A DNA stretch of 64,000 nt from a virus, in the IMG/VR virus record IMGVR_UViG_3300020193_000003; one strand, 5' to 3'. Position 1 is the first letter of the stretch. Every line of letters begins with the position of its first letter. The position numbers and the translations under genes were made by a program. The notes below the pieces were generated by a model. It was not told where the DNA came from. It saw only the letters and a list, made by a program, of their open reading frames with translations, and searched no databases. Shown piece after piece: positions 10,110 through 19,070 of the stretch.

Positions 10110-10730
10110 TTAGTCCTCCGGGTCTGGGATTCCGTCCTCTAATTTTACACTGTCAACACCCAAGTCAAACTGTTCGAAGTCTGCGATCTTCTCCCGGACT
10201 ATTGGCTCCTCTATTTTCAGCTCGTAACCGACATAGGCTCCGGCAAGGTAACGGTCACCCTTCAACAGCGTCAGTTCTGAGTACTCCTCGCTGATCGTCG
10301 ACTCGTCTATCATCGCCTGCCTCTCCGGATTCCTCCTTTTCAGGCACGGGTAATCCATCAGCGCCGATCTGACGACGACTATCAGCCTGTCCCTCATCGT
10401 CGTCACGGATTTCTCCCCCTCCGTGCGCGCCCACACGTAGGTCCTCATGTTGTAGGACACCTCGTACTCCGGGTCTCCGTGTCTCATGTGACCGACCCTC
10501 GTGAATCCGCGGCCGGACAACGAGACGGTGATTATCGTCGGCCAGGCGTCCATCGTCGCTGGTTCGTAGTCCAGGTACTCGGCTGGGTCTGGCATCTCGT
10601 CGTTGGAGGCCGCCCAGTAGTTCCTGTACTTGATGAGTCTCCTCGGAATATCCAGTTTCAGGTAGTCGTTGACGAACTGTTTTGCGAACTGTGGTCCGTA
10701 CATCGCCTCGAAAGCGAGTGCCTCCGTCAT
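10110..10730 (-). CDS. Putative tail terminator / neck protein
   Basis: 206 aa between head-tail genes and sheath; overlaps the upstream gene by ATGA. Confidence 0.6.
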   Translation of the reverse strand: MTEALAFEAMYGPQFAKQFVNDYLKLDIPRRLIKYRNYWAASNDEMPDPAEYLDYEPATMDAWPTIITVSLSGRGFTRVGHMRHGDPEYEVSYNMRTYVWARTEGEKSVTTMRDRLIVVVRSALMDYPCLKRRNPERQAMIDESTISEEYSELTLLKGDRYLAGAYVGYELKIEEPIVREKIADFEQFDLGVDSVKLEDGIPDPED

Positions 10731-11443
10731 CTCAGCTCCAGCCCGCTCACGCCGTGATTGGCGGCGTACTTGGCGAACACGCTTCCGACCGCCTTCGCGA
10801 AGCCGGGCCGCTCAAAGACCAGCCTTCGCATCGGCATCTTCGTCGTTCCGTACTGGTGCCACGTGGAATATCTGACCTTGTTGCCGAACTCGACGGAGTC
10901 GTCCGTTATCTTGTCCGTGCTCAGCCCTATCGTCAGGCTCTCGAAGAGCTGACCCGTCGCCTGCATTGTGGGCTTGCCTGGGTATCTCAGCACCTTCCAC
11001 GCACCGTAGGCCGGGCTCAGTGGCGCCCAGCCACCAGAGGGGAGACCGTTGCTCAGGAAGTTCTCGGCGAACATCAGCGCCACCTGCGGCTTTATGATCG
11101 TGATCGTGGGCGGAACGCACACCTGCGCGCGCCCGTACATCTTGGCCATCATGGTGTAGACGCCTACGAAGTGCGTGAGCGTCGGGTTGGAGCTGTTGGT
11201 GCGATCGTCGCCCATCTTGTGGATTCTCTTCTCGAGGGTCCTTATTGACCTGACCGTCCTCGCATAGCTCTTGTGATTCACCTTGACGTCTATGCCGAGG
11301 CTGACCCCCCTGCCCCTGACCCCGGAGGTCCGGACGAAGTCGCGGCCAGTCGTGTCGATCGGGGCGGCCTCCCTCACCTTGTCCCCGGTGCTCTTGCGAG
11401 TCCTCTTTATTTGCTTCCTCCGCGGAAACAATTCGTCGACCAT
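10727..11443 (-). CDS. Virion morphogenesis / tail completion protein (Mu gpG-like)
   Basis: WAPLSPAY...TGQLFESL...VEFG...YSTWHQYGTTKMPMRRLV matches the family pattern. Confidence 0.75.
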   Translation of the reverse strand: MVDELFPRRKQIKRTRKSTGDKVREAAPIDTTGRDFVRTSGVRGRGVSLGIDVKVNHKSYARTVRSIRTLEKRIHKMGDDRTNSSNPTLTHFVGVYTMMAKMYGRAQVCVPPTITIIKPQVALMFAENFLSNGLPSGGWAPLSPAYGAWKVLRYPGKPTMQATGQLFESLTIGLSTDKITDDSVEFGNKVRYSTWHQYGTTKMPMRRLVFERPGFAKAVGSVFAKYAANHGVSGLELR

Positions 11444-12306
11444 TACTTGGCGATCCTCCTGCGCCTGAAGATCTTGAGCGCCAGCAGTTCCTTCTCGAGG
11501 AATCCGGTCTCAAGGGTTGACACCCCGCGCGTCGTCAGGTCCTTCACGCCCACGGTGTCGTCGTGCATGTTCTGCATCTCCCTCGTCGCCGCCCTCAGGA
11601 TCATGAGCTTCAGGACCTTGAGCTGCGACCCGTCGAGACCGCCCGAGTACTCGACCGTGAGCACGTCGTTCGGGAAGGCGGCGTACACCTCGAGACCCCA
11701 CGGTAGGACCTTGTAGTCGGAGCCGGTCGCCTCGACCGACCCGCCGCTGGCGTAGGTCTGCCCGGCGACGTCGTGCTCGACGGTGAACGTCGTGTCGGTG
11801 ACGGAGAGTATCTGCTTGTTCTGCAGGTTGAAATTGCTCGGGCTCGCCCCGTAAATCCTGAGGTACTGGCCGACCACGAAGTCGTTGTCCGCAGTGTAGA
11901 CGACGTTCGCCCCGCTGACCGATGCACCGGTGACCGTTGCGTCCCTGCGCATCGCCTCGGCCAGGTTCCTGGGTGGCATCGACGAGCTGCGGATGCTGAC
12001 GCGCGTCACCGCGGCGACGGGGGAGTTGCGGAGGGCGATCATTATCGGACCCCTGATCACGTGACGGATCGGATCGTTCGTCGTGTCAAGACTCCTGTCG
12101 TACATGTACCCGGACTCGCTCGGAACGCCGAACTCGTACGACGAGGTGACGTGGTCCTCCACGAATTCGTCCACGGACACAGGGCGACCTAGGTATGCCT
12201 CAAGCTCGCCCTGCAGGCCCTCGAGGATCATCTCCGCGGCGTCCGTCTGCCTGTTCGTCAGGCTGATGTCCATGAAGGTTTTCAATTCGGCGACCGTTAC
12301 GATCAT
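11443..12306 (-). CDS. Head-tail connector/adaptor protein with inserted beta domain
   Basis: MIVTVAELKTFM...LEAYLGRP, VEYSGG and C-terminal LALKIFRRRR resemble gp6/gp15-like adaptors. Confidence 0.75.
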   Translation of the reverse strand: MIVTVAELKTFMDISLTNRQTDAAEMILEGLQGELEAYLGRPVSVDEFVEDHVTSSYEFGVPSESGYMYDRSLDTTNDPIRHVIRGPIMIALRNSPVAAVTRVSIRSSSMPPRNLAEAMRRDATVTGASVSGANVVYTADNDFVVGQYLRIYGASPSNFNLQNKQILSVTDTTFTVEHDVAGQTYASGGSVEATGSDYKVLPWGLEVYAAFPNDVLTVEYSGGLDGSQLKVLKLMILRAATREMQNMHDDTVGVKDLTTRGVSTLETGFLEKELLALKIFRRRRIAK

Positions 12307-12315
12307 GTCCGTTTT

Positions 12316-12672
12316 TTACTCCCTGGCGTCGCCGCCCCGTCTCCTTCGGTTCCTGAAACCGGCGTTGCGCAATGCTTCGGCGAGTCTGTTCGTGACGGCC
12401 CTGATCGCCCTTCGTATCAGTCCAGGGCGGGCGGTTTGTTCAGCCGGGGTCGTCGCCGGCGGGATCGAAGCCTCCACCGCCCTGTTGATTGCCGAGGTCG
12501 TCGTTTCGTTTTCCCTGATTGGGGGCAACGCTACCGGTGGAAGCGTGGACGGAAGAATGGCTCCCTGCTCCCGCAGCGTGGCCAGCACTCGCCTTAGCTC
12601 CGCCGCGAGCTTCGCTTGAGCCATCGGTGACGAAGGGCTGAGCTCGACAGCCATGGTTTTCTTAGGGGGCAT
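12316..12672 (-). CDS. Hypothetical protein
   Basis: 118-aa ORF with a GGAG-like RBS, in line with the operon. Confidence 0.55.
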   Translation of the reverse strand: MPPKKTMAVELSPSSPMAQAKLAAELRRVLATLREQGAILPSTLPPVALPPIRENETTTSAINRAVEASIPPATTPAEQTARPGLIRRAIRAVTNRLAEALRNAGFRNRRRRGGDARE

Positions 12673-12735
12673 TGCGCTCTCCAGTTGTTGGGTTACGCAA
12701 ATTTTACAACAAGAAAGACCTCTCGGTCGGAACGG

Positions 12736-13296
12736 CTACCTGTCGGGGTTCGGTGGCCTCTCGAACTGGGGCCTCTCGTCGTGACTCGCCTCTATTGGGA
12801 TCCACGCCTTGGAGTACGAGTGCTCGGCGACCTTCCTCATTTTGACCAGCGACCCGTCCAGCAGGACCTGGAACTCGTCGGTGGTCATACCGAGGGTCAG
12901 CATCAGGGATTCCCTGCTGTGGGCGCCCGACTTGATTATGGTCCTGACCACGTGCGAGAGTCTTGCGTTCATGACCTGGCCCCTCGCCCTGTTCAGGGTG
13001 ACGTGCATGATCATTGCCTCGGTCTCGGACAGGTTCGGGAAAACGACGACGGGGACGAAGCGACCCTCGATCATGAGTTGCGGCGTCGCACTTGCGAGCG
13101 CGAGCCTCTCGTGACCGTCGACCACCAGAAGCCCCCCGTCCTCGGCCTTGCCGCATGCGACAATCGGGAAGATCCACCCGTACCTGTGCAGCGAAGTGGC
13201 CAGCAGGCTCAAATCGGGTTTGACTATGTAGGTGGCGCGCCACGGGGCGCTCCTCAGGACGCTCGGTTCCAGCTTCTCGTACCGACCCTCACTCAT
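12736..13296 (-). CDS. ParB/Srx-like protein (IbrB-like)
   Basis: SLHRYGWIFPIV, VVDGHERL, TLNRARG motifs; coupled to the PAPS-reductase-like gene. Confidence 0.85.
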   Translation of the reverse strand: MSEGRYEKLEPSVLRSAPWRATYIVKPDLSLLATSLHRYGWIFPIVACGKAEDGGLLVVDGHERLALASATPQLMIEGRFVPVVVFPNLSETEAMIMHVTLNRARGQVMNARLSHVVRTIIKSGAHSRESLMLTLGMTTDEFQVLLDGSLVKMRKVAEHSYSKAWIPIEASHDERPQFERPPNPDR

Positions 13297-14419
13297 CGCT
13301 TTCCTCTGCGTTCTCCCTCTTCGCTATTCCGAAGGCTTTCGTGCCCGGTCCCATCGGCGTCGGGGAGGCGGCGGTGAACTCGTTCAGCAACAAGGTCCGA
13401 ATCAACCAGTGGATCGGGTAGCTCTTCGGGTCGTTTCGCATCTTCATCCTGAACTTCGCGCAGAACGCCTTTGCGTAGTGACGGTCCGACTCGCTCATCA
13501 TGTGATCGTCTATGCACGCCTTCACCCCGTCCCAACCGTAGCGGGCGTAGCCCATGATCAGCTTCTCGACGTCGTAGTCGGCCCACAGCCTCCGCTGGGC
13601 GTCGATCATCGGCCAAACCCTCTGCAGCTGGTCGAAGAAGAACGGTTCGGTGACCATGAGATCGCCCATCCTCCTCGCCGCCACGCAGTACAGGGGTATG
13701 CCGACCCTCGTGTTCGATCCGGTCATCGCGGCGACGTCGTAGTACTCGCAGTACTCCGCGCCGTGCTCCTCGGCGACGAACCTGAGCACGTCGTCGCTCG
13801 TCCAGTCGTAGATTATCTTCGCAAACCTCAGCGGGAGGTTCCTGGGCGCCTTGTACGGTGCGACGATGTAGTTCTCGTGAAGCTTCTGGACGAGGGACCT
13901 GTACCTGACCATGGATTCGTTCGCCCTCACGCCCGTCAGGAAGGCCGTCCTCCCCTTCTTGCCCTGCATGGTCCAATAGTCGGTGTCCCCCATATCCTTG
14001 TCCCTGCTTAGCCCGAACGATTCCGCGTTTATGGCGAATTTCGGCATCGGCCTGACGAGACGACCCTCCTTCTCCCTCAATCCGGACCAGGTCATCTCGG
14101 TCGTTCTCTTGCCCATTGACCACACCTCAACCCCGACGGAGAGGCAGTACCACTCCATCTCTACCCAGTCATAGTTCCTGACCTTCTCCACGAAATCTAT
14201 GACCATCGGACTGACCATCTCCTCGTCCCTGAATATCGCCCTGACGGGACCGAGACCGCGCTCCTCGTGCAACTCCTTGGCGAGGTGGAGCACGGCCGTC
14301 GAGTCCTTGCCCCCGGAGAACTGCACGCAGACCGTGTCGAACGTGTCGTAGACGTGCCTGATCCTCTTTCTCGCCGCGTCCACGCATGTCATGTCAAGGT
14401 AGAGGCGCTTGCGCGGCAT
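13289..14419 (-). CDS. PAPS reductase-family PP-loop protein (IbrA-like)
   Basis: FSGGKDS PP-loop, FRDEE, GVRANES, IYDW; probable start MPRKRLYLD at 14419 (TGATG coupling). Confidence 0.88.
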   Translation of the reverse strand: MPRKRLYLDMTCVDAARKRIRHVYDTFDTVCVQFSGGKDSTAVLHLAKELHEERGLGPVRAIFRDEEMVSPMVIDFVEKVRNYDWVEMEWYCLSVGVEVWSMGKRTTEMTWSGLREKEGRLVRPMPKFAINAESFGLSRDKDMGDTDYWTMQGKKGRTAFLTGVRANESMVRYRSLVQKLHENYIVAPYKAPRNLPLRFAKIIYDWTSDDVLRFVAEEHGAEYCEYYDVAAMTGSNTRVGIPLYCVAARRMGDLMVTEPFFFDQLQRVWPMIDAQRRLWADYDVEKLIMGYARYGWDGVKACIDDHMMSESDRHYAKAFCAKFRMKMRNDPKSYPIHWLIRTLLLNEFTAASPTPMGPGTKAFGIAKRENAEESDE

Positions 14420-15216
14420 CAGAACTCCGCGTTCGTGCTTATGAAGTCGATCAGCTTGGATGCCGTGGTCTCGCCGACGTATGCGGGGTCGTTCCTCAGG
14501 TACCTGATGAAGTCGTACCATCTCTTTTGTTGCACGGCGTCGTCGAACACGAGCGTGTACTGCACTATCGCCCTCTCCCCGCCCCTGACGCCGACCGCCG
14601 TGCTTCCCCTCGTGATCGCCTCCTCCTTGTCAACCGAGTCCGTCGCGATGTAGTCGATTTCGTCATTTTCGTTTTTCGTCTCGACGATCCGTTCGTCGTC
14701 TGCGGTCTGGAACGGGTTGACTATCACCGCCGGCGTGTACCCGCCCCGGTTGTCGTTCCTTTCGTTGGTGATGATGTCCATGTTTATGGAGGCGACCTCG
14801 AACTCGTCCCAGCCGAGACCGAGAAGCAGGTCCGGATAGTCCGAGGAGATCTCCGATATGAGGTCGAGCACGACCTGCTGGTCGGTGTTTCCCAACTCCG
14901 TCGTCCTGTTGTCGGCGAGGGCGAACGCATGACCGCGACTTTCGTCGACGTCGTAAACGATCGCCGCCATTTTTTTCCATCCCAGCTTCTTGGCGGCGAT
15001 CAGCTGGTGATTGCCGGCTATCACCGAGTACTTTCCGTCCCCGGCGGGCATGACGACTATCGGCTTTATTTGTCCGAACTCCTTGTAGGAGGCGACGATT
15101 GACTCGATGTTGCCGATGCGTGGGTTCTTCTCCATCGGCCTGAGCAGGTCGATGCTGACGGCGAGCCCAGCGAGGGAGGGGTGGATGTTCCCGTCGTCGT
15201 TGTTTTCGTCGTTCAC
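14419..15216 (-). CDS. ParB N-terminal domain protein
   Basis: KNPRIG, SYKEFGQIKPIVV, VIAGNHQLIAAKKLGW, ALADNRT. Confidence 0.88.
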   Translation of the reverse strand: MNDENNDDGNIHPSLAGLAVSIDLLRPMEKNPRIGNIESIVASYKEFGQIKPIVVMPAGDGKYSVIAGNHQLIAAKKLGWKKMAAIVYDVDESRGHAFALADNRTTELGNTDQQVVLDLISEISSDYPDLLLGLGWDEFEVASINMDIITNERNDNRGGYTPAVIVNPFQTADDERIVETKNENDEIDYIATDSVDKEEAITRGSTAVGVRGGERAIVQYTLVFDDAVQQKRWYDFIRYLRNDPAYVGETTASKLIDFISTNAEF

Positions 15217-15575
15217 ACTTGTGCCCTGACGTTTGCGTTCAGCGTCCTGAGCGCGTCGATTGAGGTTCTCAGCGACAGCAGCTTCTCCCTCTTCGCCTTG
15301 ACGAGGGCCTCGGAGATCTTGTAGTCGTAGTTCTCGTCGTTCATCTGGTAGTCGGCCCAGGCCTCGCGCTCCTTGATGGAACCCTTGGCGGCGAGGTACG
15401 ACTTCGCCCAGTTCGCCTTGTACTTGGCCTCCTTCTTTGCGGAGTCCATGGAGAGCGTCTCAAAGGCCTCGGTCTCGCCCTCGAGGAGTTCCATCAGACG
15501 AAGGAGTTCCTCCTCAACTTCAACCTGGCTAATCGGAGTACTGCGAGTCACTGCACCTTCCTTCGTAGTTGTCAA
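15213..15575 (-). CDS. Helical hypothetical protein (possibly recombination mediator, UvsY-like)
   Basis: Coiled-coil-like ORF in the recombination block; start and function are uncertain. Confidence 0.45.
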   Translation of the reverse strand: MTTTKEGAVTRSTPISQVEVEEELLRLMELLEGETEAFETLSMDSAKKEAKYKANWAKSYLAAKGSIKEREAWADYQMNDENYDYKISEALVKAKREKLLSLRTSIDALRTLNANVRAQV

Positions 15576-16089
15576 CGGGCGACCAGTCGACCCCGTCGGC
15601 GACGGCTCGGCTTGCCTCGGGCCAATCGTACCTTGCTTCGCCGTGCCTAATCAATGCCATTTCCTCCAGTATCCATGCGTCGCACATGTCGTCGGCGCCG
15701 GGACCGGCCCACGCAATCCCCGTCCTGGCTGAGACGGCGGAAACGACCTCGCTCTTTGAGGAGTTGCCCTTTCCCGTGGCGAATTTGGCCCTCGTCGTCG
15801 GCGCCACCTCAACGAAAGGTATGTTGGCGGAGCAGAGGACGTACCTCACTACCCCGCCGAGCTCGCCGATTGAGAACGCCTGGCCCGAACGGGCGGCGAA
15901 CGCGTAGCCTTCCAGGACGACGGCGGTCACGCGGTGAAAGCGGACGAGCTCCATCACGGTGGTTGATATGTCGATGAGCCTCTGCGTGCCTCTGCTCTTC
16001 GGGATTATTGCGCCCCGGGAATCTCGCACCGACCACCCCGTGGACGAGAGGGACAAATCCAGCCCCATGAACATTTTTTCTTTTGCCAC
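15529..16089 (-). CDS. RuvC-like Holliday junction resolvase
   Basis: GLDLSLSSTG, VVLEGY, KFATGKGNSSK, DDMCDA acidic catalytic motifs. Confidence 0.88.
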   Translation of the reverse strand: MAKEKMFMGLDLSLSSTGWSVRDSRGAIIPKSRGTQRLIDISTTVMELVRFHRVTAVVLEGYAFAARSGQAFSIGELGGVVRYVLCSANIPFVEVAPTTRAKFATGKGNSSKSEVVSAVSARTGIAWAGPGADDMCDAWILEEMALIRHGEARYDWPEASRAVADGVDWSPVDNYEGRCSDSQYSD

Positions 16090-16270
16090 GAACGAAAACT
16101 ACCGCGCTTGGCGGGCTGCCCCCGGGGCCTTCCCCAGGGGCACGGCGCCCGATGGGGGCCTAACCCGTCGCGGATTTAACCGCCAGAACGGATCACCCCC
16201 TCCCCTTGTCGAGTTACCTGCCACGATTGTATCCTCATGGCTAATACTGAAAAGGGTAATAGTTATACGA

Positions 16271-16675
16271 TTACGTTTTTTTCCAGCCCTCAACGGAAAG
16301 ACCCAATTCAAAGGCTTTTTGCGGATATTTTCCGATTCTTTCATGACACGGCCTGCACACGGCCATGAGATTTTTCTCTTCGAGTATCGAGCCGCCCTGC
16401 GATCTGCGCACGAGCTCGTGGACGTCCTGCGCTGGTTTGCGGATGTACGTGACCCTGCCGTCATCCTTGGCGAACAAGGGGCACGCCTCGCACCATTTCC
16501 TCTCCGTCAGAATCCTTCGGACGACGGCCCGTCGCTCGACGTAAATCGACTCAGTTTTTTTGGAGCGACTCCTGAGTTTTGTTCTCTTCTTCGGGGGCGC
16601 CGAGTCTTTCGAACGCCCAGACTCCGTTGAGCGCTTTGTAGAGTGCTTCATCGGCTGGCGTCGTCTCAATGTCAT
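16271..16675 (-). CDS. HNH endonuclease
   Basis: CEAC...DVHELVRRSQGG...NLMAVCRPCH; start uncertain. Confidence 0.8.
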   Translation of the reverse strand: MTLRRRQPMKHSTKRSTESGRSKDSAPPKKRTKLRSRSKKTESIYVERRAVVRRILTERKWCEACPLFAKDDGRVTYIRKPAQDVHELVRRSQGGSILEEKNLMAVCRPCHERIGKYPQKAFELGLSVEGWKKT

Positions 16676-17099
16676 ACCTCAAAAGATACATCCTGTGGGC
16701 CTCTATGGCGTCACGGCACATCTCGTAGAGATTCTCCCGGTCGGCGCCGGTCGCCTTTTGCAGCGAGATCATGCCGGCGACGTCGGAGACGCGCTTGACG
16801 ACGTAGAACTTGAAGCGATCGGCCTTGGCGATTTTGCTCTCGTAGTACATCTTCGCTTCCACCCCCAGCCTCACGCCGTCCTCGCCGAGACTCAGGTACC
16901 TCTTGTCGTCGGCGATCATGTCCTGCGTCAGGCCCTCGATCTGCCGGTTCAAATTATCCAGCAGGGCGTTGAGTGCCCTCATCCACCTGTCCAGGTTGTG
17001 CGACTGGCAAAGGAACTGCTTGTGCTCGTCCGACGCCTTGTTCTTGACTTCCTGCGCCACCATGTGCGCAAAGGCGTCGTCGCTTATGTAGTGGTTCAT
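16551..17099 (-). CDS. Hypothetical helical protein
   Basis: Probable start MNHYISDD at 17099 (ATGA overlap with the nuclease gene). Confidence 0.65.
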   Translation of the reverse strand: MNHYISDDAFAHMVAQEVKNKASDEHKQFLCQSHNLDRWMRALNALLDNLNRQIEGLTQDMIADDKRYLSLGEDGVRLGVEAKMYYESKIAKADRFKFYVVKRVSDVAGMISLQKATGADRENLYEMCRDAIEAHRMYLLRYDIETTPADEALYKALNGVWAFERLGAPEEENKTQESLQKN

Positions 17100-17884
17100 T
17101 TTTTTTCCTTCTTCCAATACTCGCATATCGTATCCTTGAAGAAGCACCAATTGCAAAGCTTCGTCGGTTTCGCCGGCCAGTTGTTGTCGTTGAACGACGC
17201 GACGATGGCGTCGTACGTCTCGGTTATGAGCCTGTGCACCTCGTCCAGTTTCGATTGGTCCACGAGCCTGATGAACCGCTTGCCGTCCCTGAGGTACAGG
17301 AGCTCCACCGAGCCGATCGGGCGCTCGGACACCCCCGAGAGGAGCGTCGCGTAGATCATCAGCTGTATGAACTTGTCGTCGACGTACGGCTCGCGCGGTG
17401 TCTTGCCGGTCTTGTAGTCGGATATGCGAACCATCCCATCGTCGACGAACCACCTGTCGATGAAGCCCTTCACCCTGACGCCACCCACCCTGCCGTCAAG
17501 CTCCGTTTCCACGCCGCCGACGGTTACGGCCGATGGTTGCTCGACCCTGAATATGTTCTCCAGGCACCACCACGCCGACCACCTGAATTTTTGCGCTTCC
17601 TTCTCGGGCACGACACCCCTTATCCGGTCCGCCCACTTTCCGTCGGACCACACGGACGTGCTGAGCGACCTCAACGATGTCGCGGTCCTCTGATCGGGGT
17701 CCAGCGACCCGTAGAACGACTCGAGGACGTCGTGGACGAAGTTCCCCAGCAGGGTCGCCTGCGTCGGGGGTTCCTGTATCTGGTTGACGCGGGAGTACTT
17801 GTACTTCAGCGGGCACTGCGAGTACGTCGCCAGCGAGGATGGCGAGACATACTCGGGTAGCTCGTATGGGAGCGGGTCCGACAT
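17096..17884 (-). CDS. PD-(D/E)XK exonuclease, RecB/Cas4-like with 4-Cys cluster
   Basis: SPSSL..YSQCPLKY, GNFVHDVLE, GFIDR, DYKTG, CNWC...C. Confidence 0.9.
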   Translation of the reverse strand: MSDPLPYELPEYVSPSSLATYSQCPLKYKYSRVNQIQEPPTQATLLGNFVHDVLESFYGSLDPDQRTATSLRSLSTSVWSDGKWADRIRGVVPEKEAQKFRWSAWWCLENIFRVEQPSAVTVGGVETELDGRVGGVRVKGFIDRWFVDDGMVRISDYKTGKTPREPYVDDKFIQLMIYATLLSGVSERPIGSVELLYLRDGKRFIRLVDQSKLDEVHRLITETYDAIVASFNDNNWPAKPTKLCNWCFFKDTICEYWKKEKK

Positions 17885-17890
17885 GGGGCC

Positions 17891-18532
17891 CTACTCGGAC
17901 TTGATGCGATTCACCTCGGCGATGATGAACTCAAGGTCCTCCACCGACACCGAGTCGATCGATTTCGGCACGGGCTCCCCCTTCGTCCGCTCGTTCCAAC
18001 GCTCACGCATCTTGTTCTTTTGGTCCGGCTCGAGACCCTTGGCCAGCGACACGAACGTGTTCCACAGCGAGACCTTGCCGTCCTGGACCGACTCGGCCTC
18101 GAGGTGTTGCTCGATCTCTATGGCGTCGTCGCTTCGGGCCAGGTACAGCCCGACGCCGAGAGTCTGTGCCGCCTTCTTCAGGGCGTCCGATATGGCGCCC
18201 TTGAACTCGTCACCGAGGTCGAGTATCTGGCCCTGCTTGGTTCGCTTGATCTTCTGCCCGCCGAAACCGTCGCGGGCGATCGGCTGGAAGTCCGTGACGA
18301 AGTACTCGATCCTGACGTGGGCCACGACGAAATCCGGGTCGGCGGCGTCGCGCTCGCAACGAACGATGGTGAAGGACCACTTGTCCACCCCGAGGACCCT
18401 GTTCAGCCTGTTGATCACCTCGCTGACGGGGATATAGGTGAGCGCCGTGCCGCCCTTGGTGACGGTCATCTCCATCTCCTGCGGGAAGTTCTCCGCAAGG
18501 GCGGTGTACAGATTGTTGCTTTGCCCGTTCAT
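17891..18532 (-). CDS. Rad52/Sak-family single-strand annealing protein
   Basis: LTYIPVSEVINRLNRVLG..W, KGAISDALKKAAQTLGVGLYL. Confidence 0.88.
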   Translation of the reverse strand: MNGQSNNLYTALAENFPQEMEMTVTKGGTALTYIPVSEVINRLNRVLGVDKWSFTIVRCERDAADPDFVVAHVRIEYFVTDFQPIARDGFGGQKIKRTKQGQILDLGDEFKGAISDALKKAAQTLGVGLYLARSDDAIEIEQHLEAESVQDGKVSLWNTFVSLAKGLEPDQKNKMRERWNERTKGEPVPKSIDSVSVEDLEFIIAEVNRIKSE

Positions 18533-19044
18533 TCCTTTGGCCTCCTGACGATGACGCTGGTTTTGCTTTCCTCGGACACCTCACAGTACTCGTCTGCGGT
18601 CACGCCGATCCCCGAGAGCGCCTTCACCCTCCAGTACGACGGCTGCAGGTACTTCAGCATTTCCCTGCCGACCGTTTCGGGCGTCGCCCCGACCTCGCCC
18701 GTGTCAAGGTCCGTAGAGAGTTGGACGATTCGCCTGGACACCACGTCGGCGAGCTCGTCGTGCTTCCATGACTTCCTGTCGTAGGAGGTCCTCTTCTCGA
18801 GCTTCGTGCCGTCGGCGAGGACGACCTCGGGGAGGTCGGCCATCTTTTCGGCGACTATCGCCACCGAGGAGTCGTACAGCACCGACACCTCGAGCTTGAG
18901 GCGGTTGAGCTCAGACAGGTCCGAGCACGCCGATTCGACGGTCACGGAATCGTTGGCCAGGCTCCTCGTCTCCGCGTCTATCGCCATCAGCCTGCTGATG
19001 ACCTCGTTCACGAGCGACGCAATCTTGCTGGTCTCGTTGGGCAT
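18529..19044 (-). CDS. Hypothetical phage protein
   Basis: 171 aa, GAGGAG RBS, coupled to the SSAP gene. Confidence 0.7.
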   Translation of the reverse strand: MPNETSKIASLVNEVISRLMAIDAETRSLANDSVTVESACSDLSELNRLKLEVSVLYDSSVAIVAEKMADLPEVVLADGTKLEKRTSYDRKSWKHDELADVVSRRIVQLSTDLDTGEVGATPETVGREMLKYLQPSYWRVKALSGIGVTADEYCEVSEESKTSVIVRRPKE

Positions 19045-19070
19045 GTGTCACTTACTCCTCGCTACGTAGT

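Noticed and set aside
16170-16200. tmRNA/tRNA-like 5' end (GGGGGTGATCCG)
   Set aside because: No TTCGA loop, acceptor stem or CCA follows, and the available space is too short.
17096-17884. Cas4 as part of a CRISPR-Cas locus
   Set aside because: No other cas genes or array are present; it sits beside an SSAP as an ordinary phage recombination exonuclease.
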